Assembly: GCF_009914755.1 (NCBI RefSeq)
Contig: NC_060927.1
Length of the DNA: 64,000 nt
Source: the human T2T-CHM13v2.0 reference genome, Homo sapiens
Direction: 5' to 3' (one strand)
Shown: in pieces, positions 43,354 to 57,631 of the stretch
Layout: every line of letters begins with the position of its first letter
Position numbering within the stretch: the first letter of the stretch is position 1
Notes under the pieces: generated by a model
Database searches by the model: none
What the model saw: only the letters and a program-made list of their open reading frames with translations
What the model was told of the DNA's origin: nothing
Made by a program: the position numbers and the translations under genes

Positions 43354-44329
43354 AAAATTCCTTACTGACTTGTATTAATATAATACAAGAATATAATACA
43401 GAGAACACAATCCAGCACAAAGTACAAATTTTTATTCAAATAATTCTATTAGCATAATTATCTTTTTTGAGGAAATTAAATGTACATTATTATACTTGAT
43501 GTGCCACAAATTATAAAAGCAAAAAATTTCACTTGTAAGGTTCTGCAGTTCTCCAGTAATTAGCCATATTGCGCCCTGGAAACTAAAATTAAATACATAG
43601 ATTAAACCAGAGGGGGAGATAATAACATTGTCAAGGGGGTCCAGATTTACTACAGCGTATTGTACCTGAGGCTCAGCCTTAGAAGAGCCACTGTGGGCTC
43701 GGTCACACAAGAATCAAACCAGGTTTCCCATAGATCTGAGCTAGTGACTGAGATAATCACTTGGCATGGCACTCCACTAAAGGAAAATTCTATCTCTGAT
43801 CAAATCGTATATATGCAAATAGGTCTCTTCTGCCTACTTTCTGAACATTGTTCAGTCCCTTAATCTTGTGATACTCAGGGTATGAATTCAGCAGCAAGGT
43901 ATTACATAAATTCAGCACTAAGGTTAATATCCTTTCCAATTTATACAAAGGAAACTTTCAGCTATTAGTTTTCTAAAGTCACATACACAGAGACATAACA
44001 AGGATGTTCACTGGAAGTAGATTTTGTTGAATTTATAATATTTGTATTAGCTACAGTTAGTGATAATTGGTCCCCAGATGACAAGCCTAGGGAGTACTCT
44101 GTCTACTAGCTAATGATACTTAGTTGGATGGAAAGATCAGTCTGACGCTAAGTTTAAAAGCAAAAAGAATAAAAAGAAACATGAAGTTCCCATAACGTTT
44201 TATTCCCCTCTGCATAGTCATTCTTTCTGATAAGATGGGAGATAAGTAACAAAATAACACTATGTATTAGGTTTTTCTTTGTGAGCCTCAGGCACATAGT
44301 GAAACCCAATTTAAACACATATTCTCTGA

Positions 44330-44832
<503 letters not shown>

Positions 44833-44899
44833 AATAATAATTATTGTATTATTATTAATAAAAAAGATAGATAATAAAAAAGGAAGATAATAAAAAATT

Positions 44900-45578
44900 T
44901 AAAATCAGCACTAAATGTGACAATCTTTCAATCTCATTTCAATGCTCACCAGAGAGCATTCTTCATTAAAGAGGCAGAAACGACTAGTGCTAGCACAATG
45001 GATGCATGGTGGCAGGTATGGAAGCTACAAATGAGGCCAATGTCATGGGCATGTACTCACCAAGTCAGGAGATACTGCTATTGTCTAATGCCCAAACTGC
45101 CAGCAACAGAGACCAATGCTGAATCCTTGATAGACACTATACCTCAAGGTACCAACCAGCCTATTGATGGTATTTTGAAATTCAGTTCTGGAGGGGTCAA
45201 GAGATTTATTTTGACTAGATTCAATATATATTCTGCATATGGATTTATTTGCCTTTTCTGCTCACCGAACCATTATTTGAGACTTTCAGCATATTTGATC
45301 CAACAACATGAGATCCTAATAACATTATATCAATAAAAGACGCACACGTTACAGCAAAGATTTGTGGAATTGTGACCATAATGTCCAAGTTGTCCTATCA
45401 CATACAGTACCACCCAAAAGTGTTGGCCTGATAAAGCTAGAGAATATAATTTGATGGCACAACTGAGGCACCAGCTTGAAGATGATATCCTGAAAGGGAG
45501 AGAACCATCCTCCAAGATGTAGTATGTACTCCTTTCAGTGATCCTTATATGGTATAATGTCTCCAATAGCAAAGGTGT
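44900..45578 (+). mobile_element. ERVL-class internal region (RNase H end / integrase remnant)
   Basis: TGCCCAAACTGCCAGCAACAGAGACCAATGCTGAATCC encodes CPNCQQQRPMLNP, the integrase zinc-finger region. Followed in another frame by RFILTRFNIYSAYGF, similar to the ERVL integrase motif RFVLTGIDTYSGYGF. Confidence 0.8.
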
Positions 45579-48031
45579 TGCTATAGTATAAATCTTTGTG
45601 TCCCACCCCCACCAAATTTATGTATTGAAAACTAATCACCAAGATGATGCTATTGGAAGGTGGGTTAGGGGAGGTGATCAGATCATGAAGACAGAGCTAT
45701 CATGTATTGAGTTAGTGCCCTTATAAAAGAGTCCCCAAAAAGCTGCTTTGCCCTTTTACACCATGTAAGGATACAGTGAGAGAGTGCCATCTATGAACCA
45801 GGAAATGGATCCTCAGTGGACACTGAATCTGCCAGTGCCTTGATCTTGGACATCCCAGCTTCCAGAACTATGAGAAATAAATTTTTGTTGTTTGTCAGCC
45901 ACCTAGTCTACAGTATTTTGTTACAGCAGCCTGAATGAGCTAAGACAGATTTAGTCCATGCTTTCATATTAAGAAGTGAGTGTGCTGCTATAACAAATAC
46001 CTAAAAATGTAGAAGCAGCTTTGAAACTGAGTAATAGGTAGAGGCTGGGAGAATTTTGAGGTGCATGCTAGAAAAAGCCTACATTGTGGTGAATGGGCTG
46101 TTACAGATGATTCTCGTGAGGGCTCAAAAGCAAAGAAGTAGATCTATAGAGAAAGTCTCAATCTTCTTAGAGACTACATGAGTGTGAACACAATGTTGGT
46201 AGAAATATGGACAATAAAGTCTATTCTAATGAGGTCTTAGACTGAAATGAAGAACATATTACTGGAAACTAGAGGAAAAAGCAATCCTTGCTGTTAAGTA
46301 ACAAAAAACTTGGCTCAATTGTTTGTATCCCAGTGTTTTGTGGAAAGTAGAACATGTAAGGTGTGAAATAGGATATTTGGCTGAAGAAAAGTGTAAGCAA
46401 AATGTTGAAGGTGTAGCTTGGCTTCTCTTGGAAACTTATGGTCAAATGTGAGAAGAGATAAATGATTTAAAGACATATGAATTTAATCAAAAGGGAAGGA
46501 GAATTTTAAAATTTGGAAAACTCACAGCCCATCCATATTGAAAGGAATCAGAAAGTATGTTTGAAGGAAACCTGGTGGTGTGGCCAAATGTCATCTGATA
46601 AAGAGATTACACAGTCATCTAACCAGAAGCCAGAACCTATTGTTTAAGATAATGGAAGAGTGAATCTGAGGGCATTCTTTAGATTCTCAGGGCTATCCTT
46701 CCAATCACAGGACCAGAGGGCCAGAGCCTGGAGGACAGACTATTTCAAAGGAGGGGCTGTGGGCACACACGGGGCTTCAAGGCTCAATGCCTTACACTGC
46801 CATAGGGCTCTGTTCCCTGAGTTATGGTGCAACACTCCTCGGCTACCCCAGTGGACATGAGTTCTTACTCATCCCACTTTCAGTTCTGGGGACTCAGGAC
46901 ACAGTTCTGTACAGTACAGGCCATAGTGATTGCCCCTTCAGAGGCATAGATGGTAAACCTTAGCAGTGTTCTGGTGATGCCATCTTCATTGGCTTGCAGA
47001 ATACACCTAGATTTTAAAGAATGGAGCCAACCAGGGAAGGGCAGAGGGCTAGACAGAGGACCACTGCAAGAGTAGGTCCACAGAATCCCAACAAGGACAA
47101 AGCTTAATAGAGCTGTGAGGGTAGGGTTTCCCCAGGACCCCAGACCAGCAGAGCTACCAGTGTGTGATTCCAGCATGGGATAGCTTCAGGCATGCAACTC
47201 TAACCTATAAGACATGCAATGTGAGCTGCCCCCAGCAAAGCCACATGAGTAGAGCTGCCTTGGGAGCCCAGTCCCCACCACAGTGTGTCCAGCAAGAGGA
47301 ACATTGAGTCAAAGAACATTCTCAAGCCTTAAAATTTTATGTTACTTGCTCACTTGGGTTTTGGACATTCTTGGGATCTGTTACTCTTTTTTCCTTTCTT
47401 CTTTCTTTCTTCTGGTACTCTATGCCTCTCCCACCATTGTATTTTGGAAGAATATAACTTGTTTGACTTCACATGCTCACAGCTGGAGAGCAATTTGCCT
47501 CTGGATGAATCATACCTTCAGTCTCACCCATATCTGATTGAGATGATACTTGGATGAGACATTGGACTTAGATGCTAACTGATGCAAAAATAAGTTAAGA
47601 TTTGGGGGGTTACTAAGATGGAATAAATGTATTTCACAGGCAAGAAGGGCAGTAATTTCAAGAGGTTGGGGCAGAATGTTATAGTCTAAATGTGCATCCT
47701 CCAAAATTCATATGTTGAAACCTCATCACCAATATGATGGTATCAGGAGGTGAAGACTTTCAGAGATGATTAGGTCATAAGAGCATAACTCTTTGGACAG
47801 CATTAATCCTTATAAAAGAAGTTCCATAAAGCTGCTTTGCTCCTTTCCACCATGTGAGGAGTACACAGTGGGAAGGTGAAATCTATGAATCAGAAAATGG
47901 CCCTAACCAGATACTGAACCTTTGTTGACTTTCTCTTGGGATTACCAATCTCCAGAACTATGAGAAATAGATTTCTGTTGTTTGTAAGCCATGCAGTCTA
48001 TATTGTTCTGTTATGGCAGCTCAAACAGACT
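45579..48031 (+). mobile_element. Complete MLT1A-type MaLR provirus (LTR 45579-45947, internal 45948-47676, LTR 47677-48031)
   Basis: Two similar about 360-bp LTRs in direct orientation (TGCTATAGT.../TGTTATAGT...; both contain CCAGAACTATGAGAAATA). Internal starts with ...ATAACAAATACCTAAAAATGTAGAAGCAGCTTTGAAACTG; purine-rich tract precedes the 3' LTR. Confidence 0.88.
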
Positions 48032-48729
48032 TGGGGGTCTAGAGATTAAAGGGTGGAATCAGAAATGGCCCCATTTACCGTCACTCTCAGTGACCCACTT
48101 GGGTGATTGCACTTCCAACTCTACAACTCAAGGCTTTGTGACTTCCGAGGTCTTGCTCTCCAGACTAAGAATACTTCCATTTGGAGACATGGTAACACAG
48201 CTTAAGTAATATTAACCTATGGCTGGCACCTGAGCACTTTAGGTTCTGTGCTGAGATATCAGCTTGCAAGCAAAGCAGTCACTATATGACAAGTGCAATT
48301 GATCCTGTGCATCAGGAGCAAGTATGGCTGCTGTTTCACAACGTGAGAAAGTTAAGACTGGTAGCTAGGTGATCCACCTGGATGTTCCTTTTTATTCCTT
48401 TGCTCTCATTTAAATGATATAAGAACAAGTGCAATAGCCACAACCCAAGAAGAACATGGCGACTAGGGGCTAAAGTCTCTCACAGATTATGGTCTGAATT
48501 GTTTGATTTCAGAGGAACTAACCATGAGTGGATAACAGAATAAATAAATAATAAATCATGAGTATCAATTGTAGTCTCAATATCAGCTGCAGCTGCAGAA
48601 GATGTAATGTATCCCACTAGCAGTCCTCTTACAAATTTATCTCAGGAAAAGAGTACCACCAGAATCTTGAAGGAATTGCTCCCAGAAATAATATAAAAAA
48701 ATGAATCAAAGTAGTGCATAGTGTGGACT
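48032..48729 (+). mobile_element. ERVL internal region, continued (dUTPase-like remnant and PPT)
   Basis: AAGGGTGGAATCAGAAATGGCCCCATTTACC...GTGACCCACT...GCAATTGATCCTG...GGCTGCTGTTTCACAA, ending ...GTGTGGAC just before an LTR. Confidence 0.7.
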
Positions 48730-49050
48730 TCACTAGATGCATTGCTGCTGCTCAGATTCCCTAATTCTTTAAGGACTGAAGAACGCATTTGCTCAAGCTT
48801 CTAGGATTAAGTAGTTGATGTAGCCTGGACTCTTCCTTAATGTGAGAAAATTCTAAATGTCATCCTACTCCAGAGCTGCTTGTGGGATTAAATGACTCCT
48901 TTGTTGTGACCGTACCAAAGCCCAATGTCCAGGGTGTCTCTCTGGCCACTCCTGTTTTCTTTAGTCTCCTACAATGTTGATTTTTTTTTTAAATCCCGCA
49001 TATAAATATCTACCTTAGAATCTGCCTCACAGGAAGATGTACCTATGGGA
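48730..49050 (+). mobile_element. LTR16-like 3' LTR of the ERVL remnant
   Basis: End ...GCATATAAATATCTACCTTAGAATCTGCCTCACAGGAAG...ACCTA resembles the LTR16 terminus. Confidence 0.6.
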
Positions 49051-49079
49051 ATGATACAATAAGAAACTGATACCAAAGT

Positions 49080-49541
49080 TCGCATTAGTTTCCTAGAGTT
49101 GTCATAATTTCCCACGAACAGACTGGCTTAAGACAACAGAAATGTATTATCTTGGAGTTCTGGAGTCTAGAAGTCCAAAACGAAGGTGTCAGAAGGCGTG
49201 GTTAATACTGCAGGTTATAAGATAGACTCTATCTCGTGCTTTTCTCCTAGCTTCTGGTGGTTGCTGGCAATTGTTGGTATTCTTTGGCTTGTAGGTACAT
49301 TATACCAATCTCTGCCTCCATTTTCATACGGTCTTGGTCTTCTTCTTTATGTGTTGCTGTGTCAAGATTTCCGTCTTCTTAAATTATAAGGACACCGGTT
49401 TTTGGATTAGGCTCCACCAGAATTTAGTATGACCTCATCTTAACTTGTTTGCATCTACAAAGATTCTTTTTCCAAATAAGTTCACATTCTGAGCTTCCAG
49501 GTGGACATAAACTTCAGAGGGACTCTATTCAGCCTAGTACA
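49080..49541 (-). mobile_element. MLT1C-like solo LTR
   Basis: CATTAGTTTCCTAG...GGCTTAAGACAACAGAAATGTATT...CTCCTAGCTTCTGGTGGTTGCTGGCAAT...CTATTCAGCCTAGTACA. Confidence 0.85.
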
Positions 49542-50152
49542 CAAAAACAGAATAAAGAAGAAAAGCTATCTGATAATCTCAATCAATGCAGAAAAAGTAT
49601 ATACAAAGTCAATAACAATTCATTATTTAAAAAAAATTTTCAGCTAAGAATAGAACATCTTTGACCTGATAAACATCATCTACATAAAACTTACAGATAA
49701 CATCATAATTAATAATGAAATATTAGTGCTTTTTCCTAAAATGGTGAATAAGGCACAAAAATACCTACTTCACCTATTTTTAGCAATGCGGTAAAAAGGA
49801 AGAAGTAAAACTCTCTTTATAACAGACTTTATTGTTTCCATAGAAAATTTTAAGAAATCTACAAAATACTAGTGGGACTAATGAGTGAATATAGCAAGTT
49901 TGTCAGATGTAAAGCCCATATAAAAATTTATTTGTATTTCTCTAATATCGCAGCAAGTGATTGAAAAATAAAATTAAATTTAAAACACTACTATTTACAA
50001 TGAAGACATAAAATACATAGAATAACTCTAATATTACATGTGTAACAATTTTACATCAAGGTGAAAACTTATGCACTAAAAGTATATATATGCAAATACC
50101 TAATAAGCGTAGAAATGTGTCATGTTGATTAATTAAAAGACTGAGTATTGTT

Positions 50153-50516
<364 letters not shown>

Positions 50517-50621
50517 CTAAATGATATTTAGATGGACTAAAATCCCAATTAACATGTCAGCAGGTTTTTTTCAGAAAAAATTAAGGCAATTGTAATAAAT
50601 TTGAAGACTCATGTGACTTGA

Positions 50622-51516
50622 TGTATCAGTCAGGGTTCTCCAAAAAAAACAAAACGAATAGGATGTGTGTAAATATATGAGTAGATTTATTATGGAAGTG
50701 GAGATTGACAAGTCATAAAATAGGGTGTCTGCAAGCTGGAGAACCAGAAAAGCCACTGGTGTAATTCAGTCTGAGTCTGAAAGTCTGATAGCCAGAGGAG
50801 TCAATGGTGTAATTCTCAGTCTGAGGCCCAAGGCTGAGGTGATAGACAACACTGGTATAAGTCCTGGAGGCTGGGTGATGGACAACACCGGTATAAGTCC
50901 TGGAGTCCAAAAGCCTGAAAACCTGGAGGTCTGATGTCCAACAGAAAGAGAAGATGAAGCTATCTCAGCTCAAGGAGAGACAGCAAATTCAGGCTTCTTC
51001 TACCTATTCTTCTGTCTGGACCCTCTAGAGATTGGATGACGTCTCCACATTGGTGAAGGTAGAAATTTTTTACACTATACACTGATTCAAATGCTAATCT
51101 CTTCAGAAAACACCCCCAAGACAGACACACCCAGAAATAATGTTGGTTTTTAATTAATTTTTTTTTTCCAGATAGAGTCTCACTCTGTTGTCCAGGCTAG
51201 AGTGCAGTGGCACAATCTCGGCTCACTGCAGTCTCGCTTCCTGGGTTCAAGTGATTCTCCCGCTTCAGCCTCTCAAGTAGCTGGGACTACAGGTGTGTGC
51301 TACCATGCTCGGCTATTTTTTTGTATTTTAGTAGAGTTGAGGTTTCACCATGTTGGTCAGGTTAGTCTTGAACTCCTGATCTCAGGTAATCTGCCTGCCT
51401 TGGGCTCCCAAAGTGCTGGGATTACAGGCATGAGCCATCATGCCTGATCCAGAAATATGTTTTACCAGCTATCTGGTCATTTCTTCCAAGAGTCAAGTTG
51501 ACACATAAATTAACAT
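50622..51516 (-). mobile_element. MLT2-type ERVL solo LTR
   Basis: TGTATCAGTCAGGGTTCTCC...TCTGCAAGCTGGAGAACCAG...GTCAAGTTGACACATAAATTAAC. Split by an Alu. Confidence 0.88.
51145..51449 (-). mobile_element. AluS, diverged
   Basis: Reverse Alu. TSD CCAGAAATAATGTT / CCAGAAATATGTT. Confidence 0.93.
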
Positions 51517-53019
51517 AAATTTTGCTATTACTCATGATAGCATACAACAGGTATAACTGGTGTACATGAGGTATAACTGGTGTACAACAGACAGATGAAT
51601 GGGACAAAACAGAAATCTTGGAAATAGATTTACACAGACACCAACTATTCAATGGGAAAATAAAAGACTTTTTCAGCAAAACAACAATTTAGTAACTTTA
51701 TAAATTATTATATAAAATTAATCTGAACCTCTACCTCATACCCTACACAAAAATTAATTCAACAGCAATCACAGACCCAAACCTATATGAACAAAAACTA
51801 TTAAGCTACAAAGAACACAAGACAGTATATTAGGTTAAAGATAAGATAATCATCAATTGAATTTCATCAAAACTAGAAGCTTTCCTCTTCAAAATTCATC
51901 ATTACAAAAATGAAAAGTAAGTCAGAAACTGGGAAAACTATATGTTCAATATGTATACTGAGAAAGAAGTTGTATCCAAAATGTTTAAAGAACTTTTACG
52001 AATCAACAACAATATAAAGATGCAAAAATAATGTGCGAAAGATTTAAACAGATACTTCAAAAAGGAAGATCCAGAAATTAATTTTTAAGATTATATTAAA
52101 ATGTCCCCAGTGTCATTAACCTTCAGGGAAATAAAAATCGTTTGGGATAAGAGAAATGCATATAAAACACAAAGAGTTTCACTGACTAAAATGAAAAATT
52201 TAAGATGGACAAATAGTCAGTACTCATAAAAGATGAAAAATGGTACAATCATTTTGAAATATTGTTGGTATTTTCTTATCCCTAAACTTATAAATGCTTA
52301 CCTTATGATACAGAATTCCACCCATTTACCAAAGGGAAATTTAAAATATGTGCACAAAAATATTAGTACCAAAATCTTTCTAGCCGCTCTGGTCATAATC
52401 TACAATAATCAAGACAGTGTGAAACTGGACAGGTGACAAATTGTTCAAATAATGGTTGCTTATCTAAAAGACAGAAAGTCCATTTAATGGGGAATATTTT
52501 TTCAACAAATAGTGCTGGAAAAATTTTATAAATGTAGTCAAACTAGCTCATATTTCTGATACAAGCTATTTTGACTACATTTGTGAAGATTCTGCATTTG
52601 TAGCAAAAGAAGAGAGTTAAACAAGTTGATCTATACAGTGGAATTCTACTCACCATTTAACAAAAGGAATGAATTTTTGTTATATGTGAGAACATGAATG
52701 ACTCTCAAAAACAGTATTATGAGTAAAAGAAATCAGGAGCAAAAGAGAAAATATTGTATAATGTAACTACATGAAGCACAAATAGGAAAAACTAATCCAT
52801 GAATGTCAGAAATAAGCCAAATGTTTGCCTACAAACATTTAGGGCTAGGGGTTGAGACTGACAAGAAAGGCTCAGAAGGGAAATTCCTGGGTTCATGGAA
52901 TTACCTATATCTCAATTAGAATGTTGATTAAATGGATATATGTTTGTCAAAACTCTGAACTGTCCAGTTAAGATCTTTGCATCTGCTGCATATAAATGTT
53001 CTTCCCAGTGAAATCAAAG

Positions 53020-53860
53020 AAAATGTGCAAAAAGTATTCTAACTTTGGAATGTGAACTTAACAATAAAAAATTTATATTATACCAAATTTATATTATACC
53101 AAAGTAATCACTAAGTGGAAGATGGAAATTTCAAATAGAAATAATAAATAGATTTGAGGATTTTTACAAGTAATCTAAATAATAAAAAATGAACTATTGG
53201 ACAAAGATTTCAATTTCTTGCTGATTTGATCTGAAAATTTGTATCAGTGATGGTAACATAATATACCACAACAAGAACACTGGTGACACTAAGGTCAGAA
53301 TGGTTTATGAATGTCATGAATTTAAGGAGTATTTAAGATTACCCATTGCACAAAAGAAACTCTTAATTCTCTGTTCACACTTGAAAGATAATTCCATGAG
53401 CTTTTCTCATATTTGATAACAATTCTGAAATATTACCTTACATTATCAGTAATAAATTATGAAGCAGAAATAAACTTTTCTAAACTATCAATAATAAAGA
53501 ACAATTTCAGATCAACCTTGCTAGAGGAAAGACTTAATTATCTTTCTATTCTCCACAGAAGATGATAGTACAACAATATTTATCATATAAAAAAGCAATC
53601 AAAGAGTATGCTGCCAAAAATGCAGGAAAATGATTATAGATGTCTGTTAGGTCTTTAATTAATAAATATATTAGGTTATTCTGGATTTTGTGATGCAGTA
53701 TATTTTAGCATTTTTTAATTTGCAAGTTGTTATGGTTTCACATTTTAAATGCATATTCACTTTCCTACTCAATTTTACAATCAGAATTTTATCATCTTTT
53801 TTCTTAATAAGGACACACAAAATGACGATTTAATCTCCATGAAGCCTAGATCTGTCTCTG
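53020..53860 (+). mobile_element. Zaphod-like hAT-Tip100 transposon 3' part with transposase dimerization-domain remnant
   Basis: 53398-53565 translates ELFSYLITILKYYLTLSVINYEAEINFSKLSIIKNNFRSTLLEERLNYLSILHRR*, matching the hAT C-terminal pattern ERSFSKLxxIKNxLRSTMxxERLNxLSIL. Terminus ...GAAGCCTAGATCTGTCTCTG. Confidence 0.82.
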
Positions 53861-54128
53861 CTACAACACTGGACTACCACTTCTTTCAAGGGCCAGTCTT
53901 ATAGGTTATAATAACCCATCATTACGTTCCCAGGGTGCTGCACCACTCCTTGTTAAGTGTTCTTCCCACTCCTACTCCAACCTCCCACCAGCTACTCCTC
54001 TCCATAGCTTCCCTATTGCATTAATAGATTAATTCCACTTGAAACACTTGAACCTAAAGTTCAAGAACAGTGTTACGATTTTCTTAGCAACTCAGCTCCC
54101 TCTAAACACACAATCCACACTATGCTTT

Positions 54129-54598
54129 TGAGATAGGAGGTGGGACTTGACTCTGGAGGTGGGACTTGGAAATCAGAACAAATTGAGGTCTAGCAACAAC
54201 AGGTCTGGGGCAGAAGCATCATCTCCATAAGACACACCCACCAGTGTGCCATGTCAGTTTACCATTGCCATGGCAACTTTCCATGGCATTGGCCTGACAA
54301 CATGGAAGTTACCACCCTCATTCTAGAAACTTCTGCATAAGCCACCCCTTAATTTGCATATAATTAAAAGTGGGTATAAATATTTGTGCAGAACTGCCTC
54401 TGATCTGCTACTCTTGAGCACACTGCCTATAGGGTAGCCCTGGTCCACATGGAGCAGTACCTCTGCCGCTACTGTACACTACTGCTTCAACAAAAATTGC
54501 TGTTGAAGACCACTGACCCACCCTTGAATTCTTTCCTGGTTTACCCAAGAAACCTCCCAAGCTAAGCCTCAATTTGGGGTCTTGCCTGTCCTGTATCA
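54129..54598 (+). mobile_element. MER66B-like ERV1 solo LTR
   Basis: TGAGATAGGAGGTGGGACTTGACTC...GCCTGTCCTGTATCA, 470 bp. Perfect 4-bp TSD CTTT at 54125-54128 and 54599-54602. Confidence 0.88.
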
Positions 54599-54999
54599 CT
54601 TTGCTACAATTTCTCAATCAACTCTGTTGTCGTTTTTAGTGTCTCCAAACCTCTACACATAGGAGTAGCATCTATAGGGAAAGGGATAAAATTACAATAT
54701 TTAATCAATATCAACTACGAACCTATAAATAATTTAATACCCTTATGACTCAATAAATACTGCAAGACAAATAGCGACAAGAAGATTTTGTAATACAACA
54801 CTGAATTCCAAATAGAAAAGAGGAAAAGTAGAAATATATTCTAAATTTTTCCCCCCTTTTTCTTCTGGACATCACAAAATTTACAATGAAGAGCAAATGT
54901 TAAGATCTGCAAAATGGTATTTCTGCCAGTGAATAAATAGAAGATCTAATCATGGTGACCTTGGCAAGGTTGGCAGAAAAGCTCAAAAATGAAGAACTG

Positions 55000-55980
55000 G
55001 ATTATTATGCAGTTATTTAAATAGGAATTTACATAAAAATTATGTGAGAAAATATTTAAAATACATTACATTTAAAGTTTGGTTACAAAATAGTTTGTAC
55101 AATATGATACTAGTGTTTATTTTTAAAACACATATATAAAAAACATATATAATATATACACAAAAATCTAGAGGGAAATAGATGAAAATGTTAACAGTGA
55201 AGGGTATCTCTAGACAGTGAGACTGCTGAATTTATTCCTTTACACTTACTTGTCCATAATTACCATGTTTCAGCAATTAACATGTTATATCTTGTAGTAA
55301 AAAAGTTTTTTTAAATAAACTTATAAAGAAGGTTAAATGGACCGGGCATGGTGGCTCACGCCTGTAATCCCAGCACTTGGGAGGCTAAGGCGGGTGGATC
55401 ATGAAGTCAGGAGATCGAGACCATCCTTGCTAATACGGTGAAACACTGTCTCTACTAAAAATACAAAAAAATTAGCCAAGCGTGGTGGCACGTGCCTGTA
55501 ATCCCAGCTACTCAGGAGGCTGAGGCAGCAGAATCGCTCGAACATGGCAGGCGAAAGTTGCAGTGAGCTGAGATGGCACTGCTTTCCAGCCTGGGCAACA
55601 GAGTGAGACTCCGTCTCAAAAAAAAAAAAAAACAAAAAAAAAAAAAGAAAAAGAAGGTTAAATGGCATGGGAATTATTCACAATATAATAAGTAAGAAAT
55701 TGGATAAAGAAATATATACACTATGATCCCAAGTATGCAAATATACGTGAATGTATGTATAAGTACATGTATATGCAAATGCATTTTATTTAAATATATT
55801 CATATATATACAAACTAGCCTTCACGTACACTAGAAAAAGATCAGAAGGCAATTTAGCAGAAAGTTAACAGGCTCTTTCTAGGAGTTAAGCATATGGATG
55901 ACTTTGATTTTTCTCACTTATACTTTTTATATTTAATTTCTTCTATAATTAACATATTTATTTTTAAATTAAGGAACTAA
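55000..55980 (+). mobile_element. Old L1ME 3' UTR fragments flanking an Alu
   Basis: AAATCTAGAGGGAAATAGATGAAAATGTTAACAGTG... and AGATCAGAAGG...AAAGTTAACAGG resemble L1ME4-type 3' ends. Confidence 0.55.
55339..55649 (+). mobile_element. Alu (Sc/Y-like)
   Basis: Full Alu. TSD AAAGAAGGTTAAAT at 55325-55338 and 55650-55663. Confidence 0.95.
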
Positions 55981-57631
55981 AAAAACAAACAAAAGAAAGA
56001 AGCAAATAAAAGAAAAAGTGTCAGAAAACAGTATGTGTTTTACAATCGTGCTCTGTAGCAATACTGCCCAAAGCCAGATGTTTACTGCTTCAGTGATGGG
56101 TTTTCTCCAAATTTTGAATGAATCTCTCTCTTTGTTCAGAGAATGGGAAAGAACAAACCTCAGGGTTTAAACCCTAATACAGATATAAACAACTGAAGAA
56201 AAATTAGATATGGAGAAGTGAAAAATAGTAGTATGAGAAGAGAAGAAAGAAAATGAGAAAATAGATATGCAAAGATATGTGTAAAGATTTGCAAATAGGT
56301 CAGCAAGTTTGGAGTGATTGCAGTTTGAATTTAAGTTGTAGAAGGTTATCTGAGGAACTCTAATACGTACATATTCTGGACAAAGACATTGTTAAAAAAA
56401 CATCAACTCAGTAGAATCAACAAAGACTCACAAACACATGCACGTGCGCACATACACACACACACCACCACCACCGCCATGTATTATGAATATTGACTCT
56501 GAACCATAGATAGGCTGGAACACAGATCTGGCAAATGATTAACACCTACTTAAAGAGGCAAAAGGGAAAGGAAAGAGAGTTACCAGGTGTTTCTGGGAAA
56601 ATTCAACCCATAGAGTATGTTTAGCAACAGTGGTGTTCACGCTTAAATGAAAAATGTTTGATTTCATATTAAAAATTTGAAATTTCTTTACCATTCTGCT
56701 TATTGAGTGTTTCCAAGTTATCTCTGTTCAAATATGATAAATACAAATAGGTATGTTTTGTCAAAGAATTACTTGACCCTGGTAGCTTTTAAGAATGGTC
56801 ATTAATATACCAATACCCAAGTAAGAATCACTTCTCCCTAATTAAATTAAACTGCAGCACCTACCCTGTGGGGAGGGAAATTTGGGTAAGCATGGTTATA
56901 GTTTTACCACTGTAAATTGAAGGCAATAGCATCCTAAAAACAAAAAAAAAGCTGAGGTGTGCCTATGTGTCAATGTTCTCAGAATAGTATTTCTTCAGTT
57001 ATTAATTTCTGTGTACTTTGTGTGTGATTGCTACAGAAGTATTTACTTTATCTAACTGAATTGAACTGAGGTCATAAAATTATCAAGAGTTCCAGTTTTC
57101 AGCAGCACTTCACCCCTGAGTTAGGAGGAATTTTTATTACTTGACCCCAGAAACCATTTATGCAACCCTTTCAGAGAAGGCTCCCATCAGCCGTGCTAAA
57201 TTAAATCTAATTGTTGAGGCTGGACACTAGTACAGGGGAAACTAGGAACTGAACCCAAATCACCAGTTAACTTTCAGAGGGTAATAATTTTGTTTATTTC
57301 TAACTTATCCTATGTTTGAACCAGTGATTCACTTGTAAAAAGCAATTTTGAAAAATCGTATTAACCATTTACTGTTTACGGAACCTAAGCCTAATCTCTT
57401 TTTAAATCTGCTGTTTACACTAATATATATGATTATTTCAAGTAAGTATGGAAGATCTAATTCTAGGGTGAAAAATTATGCACATGTGGATAGAGTCCAA
57501 TAGCTTTTTGTTTTTTACAAAACAGATTACCTCATGCGGTATAATCTCCAATTGAAAATTGAGGAGATAGCAAAACTGGGATTAGAAAAAGACATGTAAT
57601 GAGCATGTCAGACAATGTTAGTTACTACACG

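Noticed and set aside
44917-45336. 139-aa ORF, the longest in the window
   Set aside because: Frameshifted mosaic of degraded ERVL integrase sequence with a GTG start and decayed catalytic motif.
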